DNA of 63,853 nt, filler included, from Vicugna vicugna (GCA_013265495.1; 73 parts of 72 records of this genome joined end to end with filler, not necessarily neighbours in it), one strand, 5' to 3'. Counted from the first letter of the whole stretch, positions 13,241-25,659 are shown. Notes: a model not told the origin generated them from the sequence alone. Numbers and translations: made by a program.

Positions 13241-14639
13241 CGGAACGCCATGGTTATGTAAACAATGTAAATTACGTGTCTATTGTTGAGAATTCGCTCA
13301 AAGAGTGTTTTCTGGTGTCAAATATCCGATATTAGAACCTGGTGATAGGAAAAAACTATGAAGTCAGAGTAAATATTTCTAAGTCTATATACGCCTTGTT
13401 CGGAGGATGAAAGGTCAGTAATCCACATGCTCACAAGTCAGAAACGCATGATTGCCAGTCATACATGTAGCATGTACGGAACCCGGAATGCCATGTTGTT
13501 GGAATTCTTGTAAATTACATATCTGTTAGGTGGAAATCGCTCCAGAACAATTTTTCTGTGAAAAAAGCACGAAGTCGAAACTGGTTTTAGGGAAAGCTTG
13601 TGAAAATGTGTACACGTGTCTAGATGAAAATATTCCTTTTATAGAGGATGAAAGATTAGTAATCCACATGCTCTCAACTCAGGAATGCATGTTTGTCGAA
13701 TTCGTCATGTATGTAGCATGTAAGGAACACGCAATATCATGTAGATGGAATCTATTCAAATTACATATCTCTTGTGTAGATTTTGCTCCAAGAGGTTTTT
13801 TCTGGGATCAAAGTGTTATTCTTGAATCTGGTGATAGGAAGAAGCTACGAAGTCAAAATAAATGATTCAGAGTGCATAGTTAACTTGTTTGGTGGTTGAA
13901 ACATCAGTCATGCACATGTTCAGAACTCAGAAATTCATGTTTGAGGAATCCGTGATTCATAAAACATGTTCATAATACGGAATGCCATGGATATGTAAGC
14001 AATGTAAATTATATGTGTATTGGTGAGAATTCGCTCAAAGAGAGTTTTCTGGTGCCAAATGTCCGATTTTAGAACCTGGTGATAGAAAAAACCTATGAAG
14101 TCAGAGTAAATATTTCTAAGTTTATATATGCNNNNNNNNNNNNNNNNNNNNNNNNNNNNNNNNNNNNNNNNNNNNNNNNNNNNNNNNNNNNNNNNNNNNN
14201 NNNNNNNNNNNNNNNNNNNNNNNNNNNNNNNNNNNNNNNNNNNNNNNNNNNNNNNNNNNNNNNNNNNNNNNNNNNNNNNNNNNNNNNNNNNNNNNNNNNN
14301 NNNNNNNNNNNNNNNNNNNNNNNNNNNNNNNNNNNNNNNNNNNNNNNNNNNNNNNNNNNNNNNNNNNNNNNNNNNNNNNNNNNNNNNNNNNNNNNNNNNN
14401 NNNNNNNNNNNNNNNNNNNNNNNNNNNNNNNNNNNNNNNNNNNNNNNNNNNNNNNNNNNNNNNNNNNNNNNNNNNNNNNNNNNNNNNNNNNNNNNNNNNN
14501 NNNNNNNNNNNNNNNNNNNNNNNNNNNNNNNNNNNNNNNNNNNNNNNNNNNNNNNNNNNNNNNNNNNNNNNNNNNNNNNNNNNNNNNGCAAGTTAATGTA
14601 AATATTTCAAAGTGCATAGGTAACTTGTTTGGTGGTTGT
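13241..14639. repeat. Satellite C, full trimeric unit visible
   Basis: Homologous anchors at 13241, 13484, 13730, 13978; only the first and fourth monomers are near-identical (period 737). Confidence 0.95.
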
Positions 14640-14739
14640 NNNNNNNNNNNNNNNNNNNNNNNNNNNNNNNNNNNNNNNNNNNNTTAATTAATTAANNNNN
14701 NNNNNNNNNNNNNNNNNNNNNNNNNNNNNNNNNNNNNNN

Positions 14740-15265
14740 TATCCCTCCCTACCCCTTTTACCCACTGGTAACCATAAGTTCGTTCACTATGTCTATGAGT
14801 CTGTTTCTGTTTTGTAGATAAGTTTATTTGTGTCTGTTTTTTCAGATTCCACATATAAGTAATACCATATGGTATTTTTTTTCTCTTTCTGGCTTACTTC
14901 ACTTAGAATGATGATCTCTAGGTCCATCCATGTTGCTGCAAGTGGCATTATTTTATTCTTTTTTATGGCTGAGTATATGGCTGAGTAGTGTTCCATTGTA
15001 TAAATATACCAAAACTTCTTTATCCAGTCATCTGTCTGTGGACATTTGAGTTGTTTCCATGTCTTGGCTATTGTAAATAGTGCTGCTGTGAACACTGGGG
15101 TGCATGTGTCCTTTTGAATTACATTTTCCTCTGGATATATGCCCAGAAGTAGGATTGCAGGATCATATGGTAAGCTTATCATTAGTTTTTTGAGGAGCCT
15201 CCATACTGTCCTCCATAGCAGCTGCACCAATCTACACTCCCACCAACAGTGTAGAAGGGTTCCTT
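14740..15265 (-). mobile_element. LINE-1 ORF2 C-terminus and 3' UTR
   Basis: ORF 14793-15230 reads [54 protein letters not shown]. Confidence 0.97.
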
Positions 15266-15365
15266 NNNNNNNNNNNNNNNNNNNNNNNNNNNNNNNNNNN
15301 NNNNNNNNNTTAATTAATTAANNNNNNNNNNNNNNNNNNNNNNNNNNNNNNNNNNNNNNNNNNNN

Positions 15366-16310
15366 CGAGTTGGAGCTTGTACCTCCCCATATATATGTAT
15401 GGTGTGGAATATGCAAATGAAAAGAAACTTTGTGTTCCCTTCAAGCAAATGAAGGACGGCTTTCACATGCAATTATCTCTCAGAACTGAGCATGTGGAGA
15501 GACGTTCGTTCATCCAGCACAAAGGGAACTGGTTTCAGGAGAAACACTTACTCTGGATTCTCAATCTGTTTCCTAGTGCCGGTTTGTAGTTCCTGCAGTT
15601 TGCACTGTAAAACCGAGTTGCATCTTGTACCTCCCCNNNNNNNNNNNNNNNNNNNNNNNNNNNNNNNNNNNNNNNNNNNNNNNNNNNNNNNNNNNNNNNN
15701 NNNNNNNNNNNNNNNNNNNNNNNNNNNNNNNNNNNNNNNNNNNNNNNNNNNNNNNNNNNATTCATCCAGAGGGAACGGGTTGCAGGAGAAACACTTACTC
15801 TGGTTTCGCAGTGTGTTTCCTAGTGCCGGTTTGAAGTTCCTCCGGTATGCACTGTAAAACCGAGATAGAGATTTACCTCCCCATATATATGTAAGGACTG
15901 GAGGTTGCAACTGAATAGAAACTTTGTGTTCCCTTCAAGCTAGGTGAAGGACGGCTTTCACACACAATTATCTCACAGAACTGAGCATGAGGAGAGACGT
16001 TCGTTCATCCAGAACAAAGGGAACAGTTTGCAGCGAAACACTTACTCTGATTTCTCAGTCTGTTTCCTAGTGCCGGTTTTAAGTTGCTGATGTTTGCACT
16101 GTAAACCGAGTTGGAGCTTGTACCTCCCCATATATATGTATGGTGTGGAGTTTGCAACTGAAAAGAAAGTTTGTGTTCCCTTCAAGTTAATTGAAGGACG
16201 GGTTTCACACACAGTTATCTCTCAGAACTGAGCATGTGGTGAGACGTTCGTTCACCCAGCAGAACGGGAACGGTTTGCAGGAGAAACACTTACTCTGGTA
16301 TCTCAGTCTG
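15366..16310. repeat. Satellite B, ~247-bp monomer
   Basis: GAACTGAGCATG(T/A)GG anchor at 15978 and 16225 (period 247). Confidence 0.95.
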
Positions 16311-16410
16311 NNNNNNNNNNNNNNNNNNNNNNNNNNNNNNNNNNNNNNNNNNNNTTAATTAATTAANNNNNNNNNNNNNNNNNNNNNNNNNNNNNNNNNN
16401 NNNNNNNNNN

Positions 16411-16930
16411 GGAGCTTGTACCTCCCCATATATATGTATGGAGTGGAGTCAGCAAATGAAGAGAAACTTTGTTTTCCCAACAAGTTAGGTGAAGGAAGGC
16501 TTTCATGCATGCTTAACTCTCAAAACTGAGCATGTGGAGAGACGTTCGTTCATCTAGCACAAAGGGAACAGGTTGCAGGAGAAACACTTTCTCTGGTTTC
16601 TCAGTCTGTTNNNNNNNNNNNNNNNNNNNNNNNNNNNNNNNNNNNNNNNNNNNNNNNNNNNNNNNNNNNNNNNNNNNNNNNNNNNNNNNNNNNNNNNNNN
16701 NNNNNNNNNNNNNNNNNNNNNNNNNNNNNNNNNNNNNNNNNNNNNNNNNNNNNNNNNNNNNNNNNNNNNNNNNNNNNNNNNNNNNNNNNNNNNNNNNNNN
16801 NNNNNNNNNNCACAAAGGGATTGCAGGAGAAACACTTACTCTGGTTTCTCAGTGTGTTTCCTAGTGCCGGTTTGAAATTACTGCATTTTTCACTGTAAAA
16901 CCGAGTTGGAGGTTGTACCTCCCCATATAT
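16411..16930. repeat. Satellite B
   Basis: Same monomer (GGAGCTTGTACCTCCCCATATATATG..GAGACGTTCGTTCATC). Confidence 0.94.
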
Positions 16931-17030
16931 NNNNNNNNNNNNNNNNNNNNNNNNNNNNNNNNNNNNNNNNNNNNTTAATTAATTAANNNNNNNNNNNNNN
17001 NNNNNNNNNNNNNNNNNNNNNNNNNNNNNN

Positions 17031-18551
17031 CCTAAGCTCGTGTCCCCTGAGGGTTTTCCAAATATCTCTGTGCCATGTAATGCTAGGGGTGATTACAGGA
17101 TATCCCAGTGAACGAGGCTGCCTCCCCAAGGTAAGGGAATTTATATACCGAACTTCCCCGAAAAGGGAACACCTGTGACTGAAGAGAGCTGCGTGGAGTT
17201 GGCTCTCGACCTCCCCCACGCACTGACAATGGTCCCGGAATCCTGAACGTGGGGAGGTTCCACCAATGGTCGGCAGCGCGTGGGTTCTAACGGAATACAT
17301 AAGTACGTCTCCCCTGAGTGTTTTCCTAATGTCTCTGTGCCAGGGAATTCTAGGGGTGTTTGCAGGATATCCCAGTGACCGAGGCTGCCTCCCCAAGGTC
17401 AGGGAAGTTATTTCCCGGACTTCCCCAAAGAGCTGCGTGGAGTTATCTCTCGAGCTCCCCCACACACAGACAATGGTTCCGGAATCCTGAGCGTGGGGAG
17501 GTTCCACCAACGGTCGGCAGCGCGTGGGTTCTAACGGAATGCCTCAGCAGTCTCCCCTGAGGATTTTCCTAATATCTCTGTTCCAGGGAATGTTAGGGGG
17601 GTTTGCAGGATATCCCAGTGACATAGGCTGCCTCCCCAAGGTAAGGGAAGGTGTTTCCCGGACTTCCCCGAATATGGAACCCCTGTGAATGAAGAGAGCT
17701 GCGAGAAATTTTCTCTCGATGTCCCCCACGCACTGACAATGGTTCCGGAACCATGAGTGTGGGGAGGTTTCACCAACGGTCGGCAGCGCGTGGGTTCTAA
17801 CGGAATGCCTAAGCTCGTCTCCCCTGATGATTTTCCTAATGTCTCTGTGCCAGGGAATGCTAGGGGTGATTGCAGGATATCCCAGTGNNNNNNNNNNNNN
17901 NNNNNNNNNNNNNNNNNNNNNNNNNNNNNNNNNNNNNNNNNNNNNNNNNNNNNNNNNNNNNNNNNNNNNNNNNNNNNNNNNNNNNNNNNNNNNNNNNNNN
18001 NNNNNNNNNNNNNNNNNNNNNNNNNNNNNNNNNNNNNNNNNNNNNNNNNNNNNNNNNNNNNNNNNNNNNNNNNNNNNNNNNNNNNNNNNNNNNNNNNNNN
18101 NNNNNNNNNNNNNNNNNNNNNNNNNNNNNNNNNNNNNNNNNNNNNNNNNNNNNNNNNNNNNNNNNNNNNNNNNNNNNNNNNNNNNNNNNNNNNNNNNNNN
18201 NNNNNNNNNNNNNNNNNNNNNNNNNNNNNNNNNNNNNNNNNNNNNNNNNNNNNNNNNNNNNNNNNNNNNNNNNNNNNNNNNNNNNNNNNNNNNNNNNNNN
18301 NNNNNNNNNNNNNNNNNNNNNNNNNNNNNNNNNNNNNNNNNNNNNNNNNNNNNNNNNNNNNNNNNNNNNNNNNNNNNNNNNNNNNNNNNNNNNNNNNNNN
18401 NNNNNNNNNNNNNNNNNNNNNNNNNNNNNNNNNNNNNNNNNNNNNNNNNNNNNNNNNNNNNNNNNNNNNNNNNNNNNNNNNNNNNNNNNNNNNNNTTTTC
18501 TCTCGCGCTCCTCCACGCACTGACAATGGTTCCGGAATACTGAGCGTGGGG
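17031..18551. repeat. Satellite A (one monomer has a ~23-bp deletion near 17427)
   Basis: TCTAACGGAA at 17286 and 17530 (244 = 267-23), then again at 17796. Confidence 0.96.
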
Positions 18552-18651
18552 NNNNNNNNNNNNNNNNNNNNNNNNNNNNNNNNNNNNNNNNNNNNTTAAT
18601 TAATTAANNNNNNNNNNNNNNNNNNNNNNNNNNNNNNNNNNNNNNNNNNNN

Positions 18652-19456
18652 TGAATGAAGAGAGCTGCGTGGAGTTGTCTCTCGAGCTCCCCCACGCACT
18701 GACAATGGTTCCGGAATACTGAGCGTGGGGAGGTTCCACCAACGGTCGGCAGCGCGTGGGTTCTAACGGAATGTCTAAGCTCGTCTCCCCTGAGGCTTTT
18801 CCTAATATCTCTGTGCCAGGGAATGATAGGGGGGTTNNNNNNNNNNNNNNNNNNAGTGACATACGCTGCCTCCACAAGGTCAGGGAAGGTATTTCCCGGA
18901 CTTCCCCGAACAGGGAACTCCTGTGAATGAAGAGAGCTGCGTGGAGTTGTCTCTCGAGCTCCCTCACGCACTGAAAATGGTTCCGGAATCCTGAGCGTGG
19001 GGAGGTTCCACCAACGGTCGGCTGCTCGTGGGTTTTAACGGAATGCCTAAGCTCGTCTCCCCTGAGGGTTTTCCTAATGTCTCTGTGCCAGGGAATGCTA
19101 GGGGGGTTTACAGGATATCCCAGTGACATACGCTGCCTCCCCAAGGTCAGGGAANNNNNNNNNNNNNNNNNNNNNNNNNNNNNNNNNNNNNNNNNNNNNN
19201 NNNNNNNNNNNNNNNNTCGGGAATCATGAGCGTGGGGAGGTTCCACCAACGGTCGGCAGCGCGTGGGTTCTAACGGAATGCCTAAGCTCGTCTCCCCTGA
19301 GGGTTTTCCTAATATCTCTGTGCCTGGGAATGATAGGGGTGATTGCAGTTTATCCCAGTGTCAGAGGCTGCGTCCCCAAGGTCAGGAAAGGTATTTCTCT
19401 GACTTCCTCGGACAGGGAAATCCTGTGAACGAAGAGAGCTGCGTGGAGTTGTCTCT
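18652..19456. repeat. Satellite A
   Basis: Tandem monomers matching 1-914. Confidence 0.96.
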
Positions 19457-19556
19457 NNNNNNNNNNNNNNNNNNNNNNNNNNNNNNNNNNNNNNNNNNNN
19501 TTAATTAATTAANNNNNNNNNNNNNNNNNNNNNNNNNNNNNNNNNNNNNNNNNNNN

Positions 19557-20070
19557 TGTATGTAGCATGTACGGAACACGGATTATTATTTAGATGTAAT
19601 CCATTCAAATAACATATCTCTAGGTTAGAATTCGCTCCAAGTGGTTTTTTCTGGGATCAAAGTGTGATTCTTGAAACTGGTGATAGGAAGAAGCTACGAA
19701 GTCAAAGTATATATTTCAGAGTGCATATATAACATGTTTGGTGGTTGAAACAACAGTCATGCGCATGTTCACAAATCAGAAATGCATGTTTGAGGAATCC
19801 GTGATACATGAAACATGTTCGTAATACGGAATGCCATGGTTATGTAAACAATGCAAATTACATGTGTATTGGTGAGATTTAGCTCATAGAGTGTTTTCTG
19901 GTATGCCAAATGTCCGATTTTAGAACCTGGTGATAGAAAAAACTATGAAGTCCGAGTAAATATTTCTAAGCCTATATACACGTTGTTTGGTTGGTGAAAG
20001 GTCAGTAATCCACATCCTCACAATCTAGAAACGTATGATTGCCGAATTCTTCATACATGTAGCATGTACG
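19557..20070. repeat. Satellite C
   Basis: Colinear with about 13710-13978 and 13241-13480. Confidence 0.93.
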
Positions 20071-20170
20071 NNNNNNNNNNNNNNNNNNNNNNNNNNNNNN
20101 NNNNNNNNNNNNNNTTAATTAATTAANNNNNNNNNNNNNNNNNNNNNNNNNNNNNNNNNNNNNNNNNNNN

Positions 20171-20577
20171 GAGCGCGCAGCCGCACAGCGCAGCGGAGCT
20201 ACCGGCGGCGCAGGCGGAGGGAGAGCGGCCCCCCGCCCCCCGCCTCAGGTGCTGGGAGGGGGCACGACCCGCCCTCCTGCCTGGCCAGTCTGCAACATCT
20301 GACTGCAGCATCCGGAGGGGCAGTGACCCGCACGCCCACAGCAGAGGAGAGCTGCATCTGACCCCGTGTTAGGAGGAGGCGCGATNNNNNNNNNNNNNNN
20401 NNNNNNNNNNNNNNNNNNNNNNNNNNNNNNNNNNNNNNNNNNNNNNNNNNNNNNNNNNNNNNNNNNNNNNNNNNNNNNNNNNNNNNNNNNNNNNNNNNNN
20501 NNNNNNNNNNNNNNNNNNNNNNNNNNNCTTTCGTTTTTGTTTTTTTTTGTTTGTTTGTTTGTTTTTTGTTTTGTTCT
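20171..20577 (+). mobile_element. CpG-rich repeat followed by T-rich tract, probable LINE-1 5' UTR (copy 1, internal deletion)
   Basis: Near-identical to 36969-37236 and 54166-54400; GC-rich block then T-rich tract, as in cetartiodactyl L1 5' UTRs. Confidence 0.7.
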
Positions 20578-20677
20578 NNNNNNNNNNNNNNNNNNNNNNN
20601 NNNNNNNNNNNNNNNNNNNNNTTAATTAATTAANNNNNNNNNNNNNNNNNNNNNNNNNNNNNNNNNNNNNNNNNNNN

Positions 20678-21126
20678 TACATATATATGGGGAGGAACAA
20701 GCTCGAAGTCGGTTTTACAGTGCAAACCGTAAGAACTTGAAACCGGCACTAGGAAACAGACTGAGAAAGCAGAGTAAGGGTTTCTCCTGCAACCCGTTCC
20801 CTTGGTGCTGGATGAACGAACGTCTCTCCACATGCTCAGTTCTGAGAGATAAGTGTGTGTGAAAGNNNNNNNNNNNNNNNNNNNNNNNNNNNNNNNNNNN
20901 NNNNNNNNNNNNNNNNNNNNNNNNNNNNNNNNNNNNNNNNNNNNNNNNNNNNNNNNNNNNNNNNNNNNNNNNNNNNNNNNNNNNNNNNCCGGCAGTAGGA
21001 AACAGACTGAGAAACCAGAGTAAGGGTTTCTCCTGCAACCCGTTCCCTTTGTGCTGGATGAACGATTGTCTCTCCACTTGCTCATCTCTGAGAGATTAGT
21101 GTTTGTGAAAGCCGTCCTTCACCTAG
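20678..21126. repeat. Satellite B (reverse orientation)
   Basis: Reverse complement of the B monomer. Confidence 0.94.
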
Positions 21127-21226
21127 NNNNNNNNNNNNNNNNNNNNNNNNNNNNNNNNNNNNNNNNNNNNTTAATTAATTAANNNNNNNNNNNNNNNNNN
21201 NNNNNNNNNNNNNNNNNNNNNNNNNN

Positions 21227-22251
21227 TGTTCCCTGTTCGTGGAAGTCTGGGAAATAACTTCCCTGACCTAGTAGAGTCAGCCTCGGTCACTGGAACATAC
21301 TGCAAACACCCCTAGCATTCCCTGCCACAGAGACATTAGGAAAACCCACAGGGGAGACGAGCTTAGGCATTCCGTTAGAACCCACGCGCTGCAGACCGTT
21401 GGTGGAACCTCCCCACGCTCAGGATTCCGGAACCATTGTCAGTGCGTGGGGGAGCTCGAGAGACATCTCCACGCAGCTCTCTTCATTCGCAGGAGTTCCC
21501 TGTTCGGGGAAGTCCGGGAAATACCTTCCATGACATTGGGAAGGCAGCGTATGTCACTGGGATATCCTGCAAACAACCGTAACATTCCCTGGCACAGAGA
21601 CATTAGGAAAACCCTCAGGGGAGACGAGCTTAGGCATTCCGTTAGAACCCACGCGCTGCAGACCGTTGGTGGAACCTCCCCACGCTCAGGATTCCGGAAC
21701 CATTGTCAGTGCGTGGGGGAGCTCGAGAGACAACTCTACGCAGCTCTCTTCAGTCACAGGTGTTCCCTGTTCGTGGAAGTCTGGGATATAACTTCCCTGA
21801 CCTTGGGGAGGCAGCCTCGGTCACTGGGATATCCTGCAATCACCCCTAGCATTCCCTGGCTCAGAGACATTAGGAAANNNNNNNNNNNNNNNNNNNNNNN
21901 NNNNNNNNNNNNNNNNNNNNNNNNNNNNNNNNNNNNNNNNNNNNNNNNNNNNNNNNNNNNNNNNNNNNNNNNNNNNNNNNNNNNNNNNNNNNNNNNNNNN
22001 NNNNNNNNNNNNNNNNNNNNNNNNNNNNNNNNNNNNNNNNNNNNNNNNNNNNNNNNNNNNNNNNNNNNNNNNNNNNNNNNNNNNNNNNNNNNNNNNNNNN
22101 NNNNNNNNNNNNNNNNNNNNNNNNNNNNNNNNNNNNNNNNNNNNNNNNNNNNNNNNNNNNNNNNNNNNNNNNNCAAGCTGCCGTGTTGGAACCTCTCCAC
22201 GCTGAATATTCCGGAACAATTGTCAGTTCGTGGGGGAGCTCGAGAGACAAC
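21227..22251. repeat. Satellite A (reverse orientation)
   Basis: GCTTAGGCATTCCGTTAGAACCCACGCGCTGC at 21361 and 21628 (period 267). Confidence 0.97.
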
Positions 22252-23744
22252 NNNNNNNNNNNNNNNNNNNNNNNNNNNNNNNNNNNNNNNNNNNNTTAAT
22301 TAATTAANNNNNNNNNNNNNNNNNNNNNNNNNNNNNNNNNNNNNNNNNNNNCTGCTGTTCGACACCGTTTCACTACACCACATGACTGTAATGTCGCGCT
22401 CAGCATGTGTCTCAGAGCAGCAGTGCCGGCTGCTCCCTGGGAGCTTATGCTGTTTGGGCAAGGCTGCTGGGGGGAGGGAGGCCAAGGACAACCGAGCAAA
22501 CAAAAATATTCGAGCGAATATGGAAACAAGGTCAGATTGAAATGAAGGAAATAACACTGTGTTGAGATGGGTGACTTGGGGGGAAGTGAGTCAAGAAAGC
22601 TATATTTGCGTAGGTTACATGTGAGCTGAGATGGTGATAACGAGGCTGGACTTTGAGGATCTGGGAAAAGTCACCCCAGGAATAGAGGCAGCTTGTCCAT
22701 TGGCCCCGANNNNNNNNNNNNNNNNNNNNNNNNNNNNNNNNNNNNNNNNNNNNNNNNNNNNNNNNNNNNNNNNNNNNNNNNNNNNNNNNNNNNNNNNNNN
22801 NNNNNNNNNNNNNNNNNNNNNNNNNNNNNNNNNNNNNNNNNNNNNNNNNNNNNNNNNNNNNNNNNNNNNNNNNNNNNNNNNNNNNNNNNNNNNNNNNNNN
22901 NNNNNNNNNNNNNNNNNNNNNNNNNNNNNNNNNNNNNNNNNNNNNNNNNNNNNNNNNNNNNNNNNNNNNNNNNNNNNNNNNNNNNNNNNNNNNNNNNNNN
23001 NNNNNNNNNNNNNNNNNNNNNNNNNNNNNNNNNNNNNNNNNNNNNNNNNNNNNNNNNNNNNNNNNNNNNNNNNNNNNNNNNNNNNNNNNNNNNNNNNNNN
23101 NNNNNNNNNNNNNNNNNNNNNNNNNNNNNNNNNNNNNNNNNNNNNNNNNNNNNNNNNNNNNNNNNNNNNNNNNNNNNNNNNNNNNNNNNNNNNNNNNNNN
23201 NNNNNNNNNNNNNNNNNNNNNNNNNNNNNNNNNNNNNNNNNNNNNNNNNNNNNNNNNNNNNNNNNNNNNNNNNNNNNNNNNNNNNNNNNNNNNNNNNNNN
23301 NNNNNNNNNNNNNNNNNNNNNNNNNNNNNNNNNNNNNNNNNNNNNNNNNNNNNNNNNNNNNNNNNNNNNNNNNNNNNNNNNNNNNNNNNNNNNNNNNNNN
23401 NNNNNNNNNNNNNNNNNNNNNNNNNNNNNNNNNNNNNNNNNNNNNNNNNNNNNNNNNNNNNNNNNNNNNNNNNNNNNNNNNNNNNNNNNNNNNNNNNNNN
23501 GGGGTTGAAATCAGGATCCAGACTAGATTCAGACATTGCAGCTAGCATATCTCTCAAGTGGGTTCTAATAAAAAATTTTCCTGTTTCTCAATTTCCTTGA
23601 AATTCCTGAGGGGCTTCTCTATTTCCTGTTTAGCTGATTTCATTNNNNNNNNNNNNNNNNNNNNNNNNNNNNNNNNNNNNNNNNNNNNTTAATTAATTAA
23701 NNNNNNNNNNNNNNNNNNNNNNNNNNNNNNNNNNNNNNNNNNNN

Positions 23745-24563
23745 CTTTGAAATATTTACTTAGACTTCGTTGCTTCTTCCTATCACCAGGTTCAAGAATC
23801 AGACTTTGATCCCAGAAAAACCCTTTTGGAGCGAATTCTACCCTAGAGACATGTAAATTTAATAGATTCCATCTAAATGATATTCAGTGTTCCGTACATG
23901 CTCCATGCATGACGGATTCGACAAACATGCATTCCTGAGTTGAGAGCATGTGGATTACTGATCTTTCATCCTCTATAAAAACAATATTTTCATCTAGACA
24001 CGTGTANNNNNNNNNNNNNNNNNNNNNNNNNNNNNNNNNNNNNNNNNNNNNNNNNNNNNNNNNNNNNNNNNNNNNNNNNNNNNNNNNNNNNNNNNNNNNN
24101 NNNNNNNNNNNNNNNNNNNNNNNNNNNNNNNNNNNNNNNNNNNNNNNNNNNNNNNNNNNNNNNNNNNNNNNNNNNNNNNNNNNNNNNNNNNNNNNNNNNN
24201 NNNNNNNNNNNNNNNNNNNNNNNNNNNNNNNNNNNNNNNNNNNNNNNNNNNNNNNNNNNNNNNNNNNNNNNNNNNNNNNNNNNNNNNNNNNNNNNNNNNN
24301 NNNNNNNNNNNNNNNNNNNNNNNNNNNNNNNNNNNNNNNNNNNNNNNNNNNNNNNNNNNNNNNNNNNNNNNNNNNNNNNNNNNNNNNNNNNNNNNNNNNN
24401 NNNNNNNNNNNNNNNNNNNNNNNNNNNNNNNNNNNNNNNNNNNNNNNNNNNNNNNNNNNNNNNNNNNNNNNNNNNNNNNNNNNNNNNNNNNNNNNNNNNN
24501 NNNNNNNNNNNGTATATTCTTTGACTTCGTAGCTTCTTCCTATCACCAGGTTCAAGAATCACA
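23745..24563. repeat. Satellite C (reverse orientation)
   Basis: Reverse complement of the C unit. Confidence 0.92.
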
Positions 24564-24663
24564 NNNNNNNNNNNNNNNNNNNNNNNNNNNNNNNNNNNNN
24601 NNNNNNNTTAATTAATTAANNNNNNNNNNNNNNNNNNNNNNNNNNNNNNNNNNNNNNNNNNNN

Positions 24664-25209
24664 CGGGACAGTGTTGGACCTTGGAGGCCACAGGGCAGGG
24701 TGACCACCTGCGGCATTTCCTGACACCCGGGTCTCAGAGGGACTGGGGTCCTGGGGTGAGGGGCGGGGCCTCGGGTGGCCAGACTAGCGGACATGACGCC
24801 TAAGTGACGACCCTGAGGGAGAACTGAGGGGTCCCCGAACCCGGAAAAGAGGCCATCCCACAGACAGGGAACCTTGCTAGCAGCTGTCCGGAGGCCCGAG
24901 GGCAGGACAGGCCCACGTGTTGTGCCCTGACTGCGGCACCCTGGCCTCAGAGAGACCGGGGACTTAGTGTGAGATGGCGGGGAACCCTCAGATCTGCAGA
25001 GGAGAGAATCCCACGTTCCACTGGGAGTGAAGGTGAAGAACGCGAGCGAGCAGTGAGGGACCCTGGACCCCAAAACACAGTCGGTCCTGGGAGGTCATGG
25101 GGCGGGAATTTCCTGACTCCGGGTCTCAGAGGGACTGGGGTCCAGGGATGAGGGGCGGGGCTTCGGGGGTCCAAGGGGAGGCTACATGCCGCCTGAGTGA
25201 AAGTGAGGA
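24664..25209 (+). promoter_or_regulatory. GC-rich internally repeated region resembling MAGE-family upstream/first-exon repeats
   Basis: 393-bp repeat (TTTCCTGAC at 24716 and 25109); GC boxes at 24760-24769 and 25152-25161; GACCCTGAGGGAGAACTGAGGGG, CTCAGATCTGCAGAGG and GGAGTGAAGGTGAAGA resemble recalled MAGE upstream units; no coding exon present. Confidence 0.6.
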
Positions 25210-25309
25210 NNNNNNNNNNNNNNNNNNNNNNNNNNNNNNNNNNNNNNNNNNNNTTAATTAATTAANNNNNNNNNNNNNNNNNNNNNNNNNNNNNNNNNNN
25301 NNNNNNNNN

Positions 25310-25559
25310 ACTGAGCATGTGGAGAAACGATCTTTCATCCAGCACCAAGGGAACTGGTTGCAGGAGCAACACTTACTCTGGTTTCTAAGTCTGTTTCCTA
25401 GTGCCGGTTTGAAGTGACTGACGTTTTCACTGTAAAACCGAGTTGGAGCTTGTACCTCCCCATATATATTTATGGAGTGGAGATTGCAACTGAAAAGAAA
25501 CTTTGTGTTCCTTTCAAGCCAGGTGAAGAATGGCTTTCACACACACTTATCTCTCAGAA
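25310..25559. repeat. Satellite B, about one monomer
   Basis: 250 bp spanning one B unit. Confidence 0.94.
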
Positions 25560-25659
25560 NNNNNNNNNNNNNNNNNNNNNNNNNNNNNNNNNNNNNNNNN
25601 NNNTTAATTAATTAANNNNNNNNNNNNNNNNNNNNNNNNNNNNNNNNNNNNNNNNNNNN

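Noticed and set aside
21502..21519. CENP-B box-like TTCGGGGAAGTCCGGG in satellite A
   Set aside because: Spacing is one base longer than TTCG-N4-A-N2-CGGG and most monomers read CCGAGA
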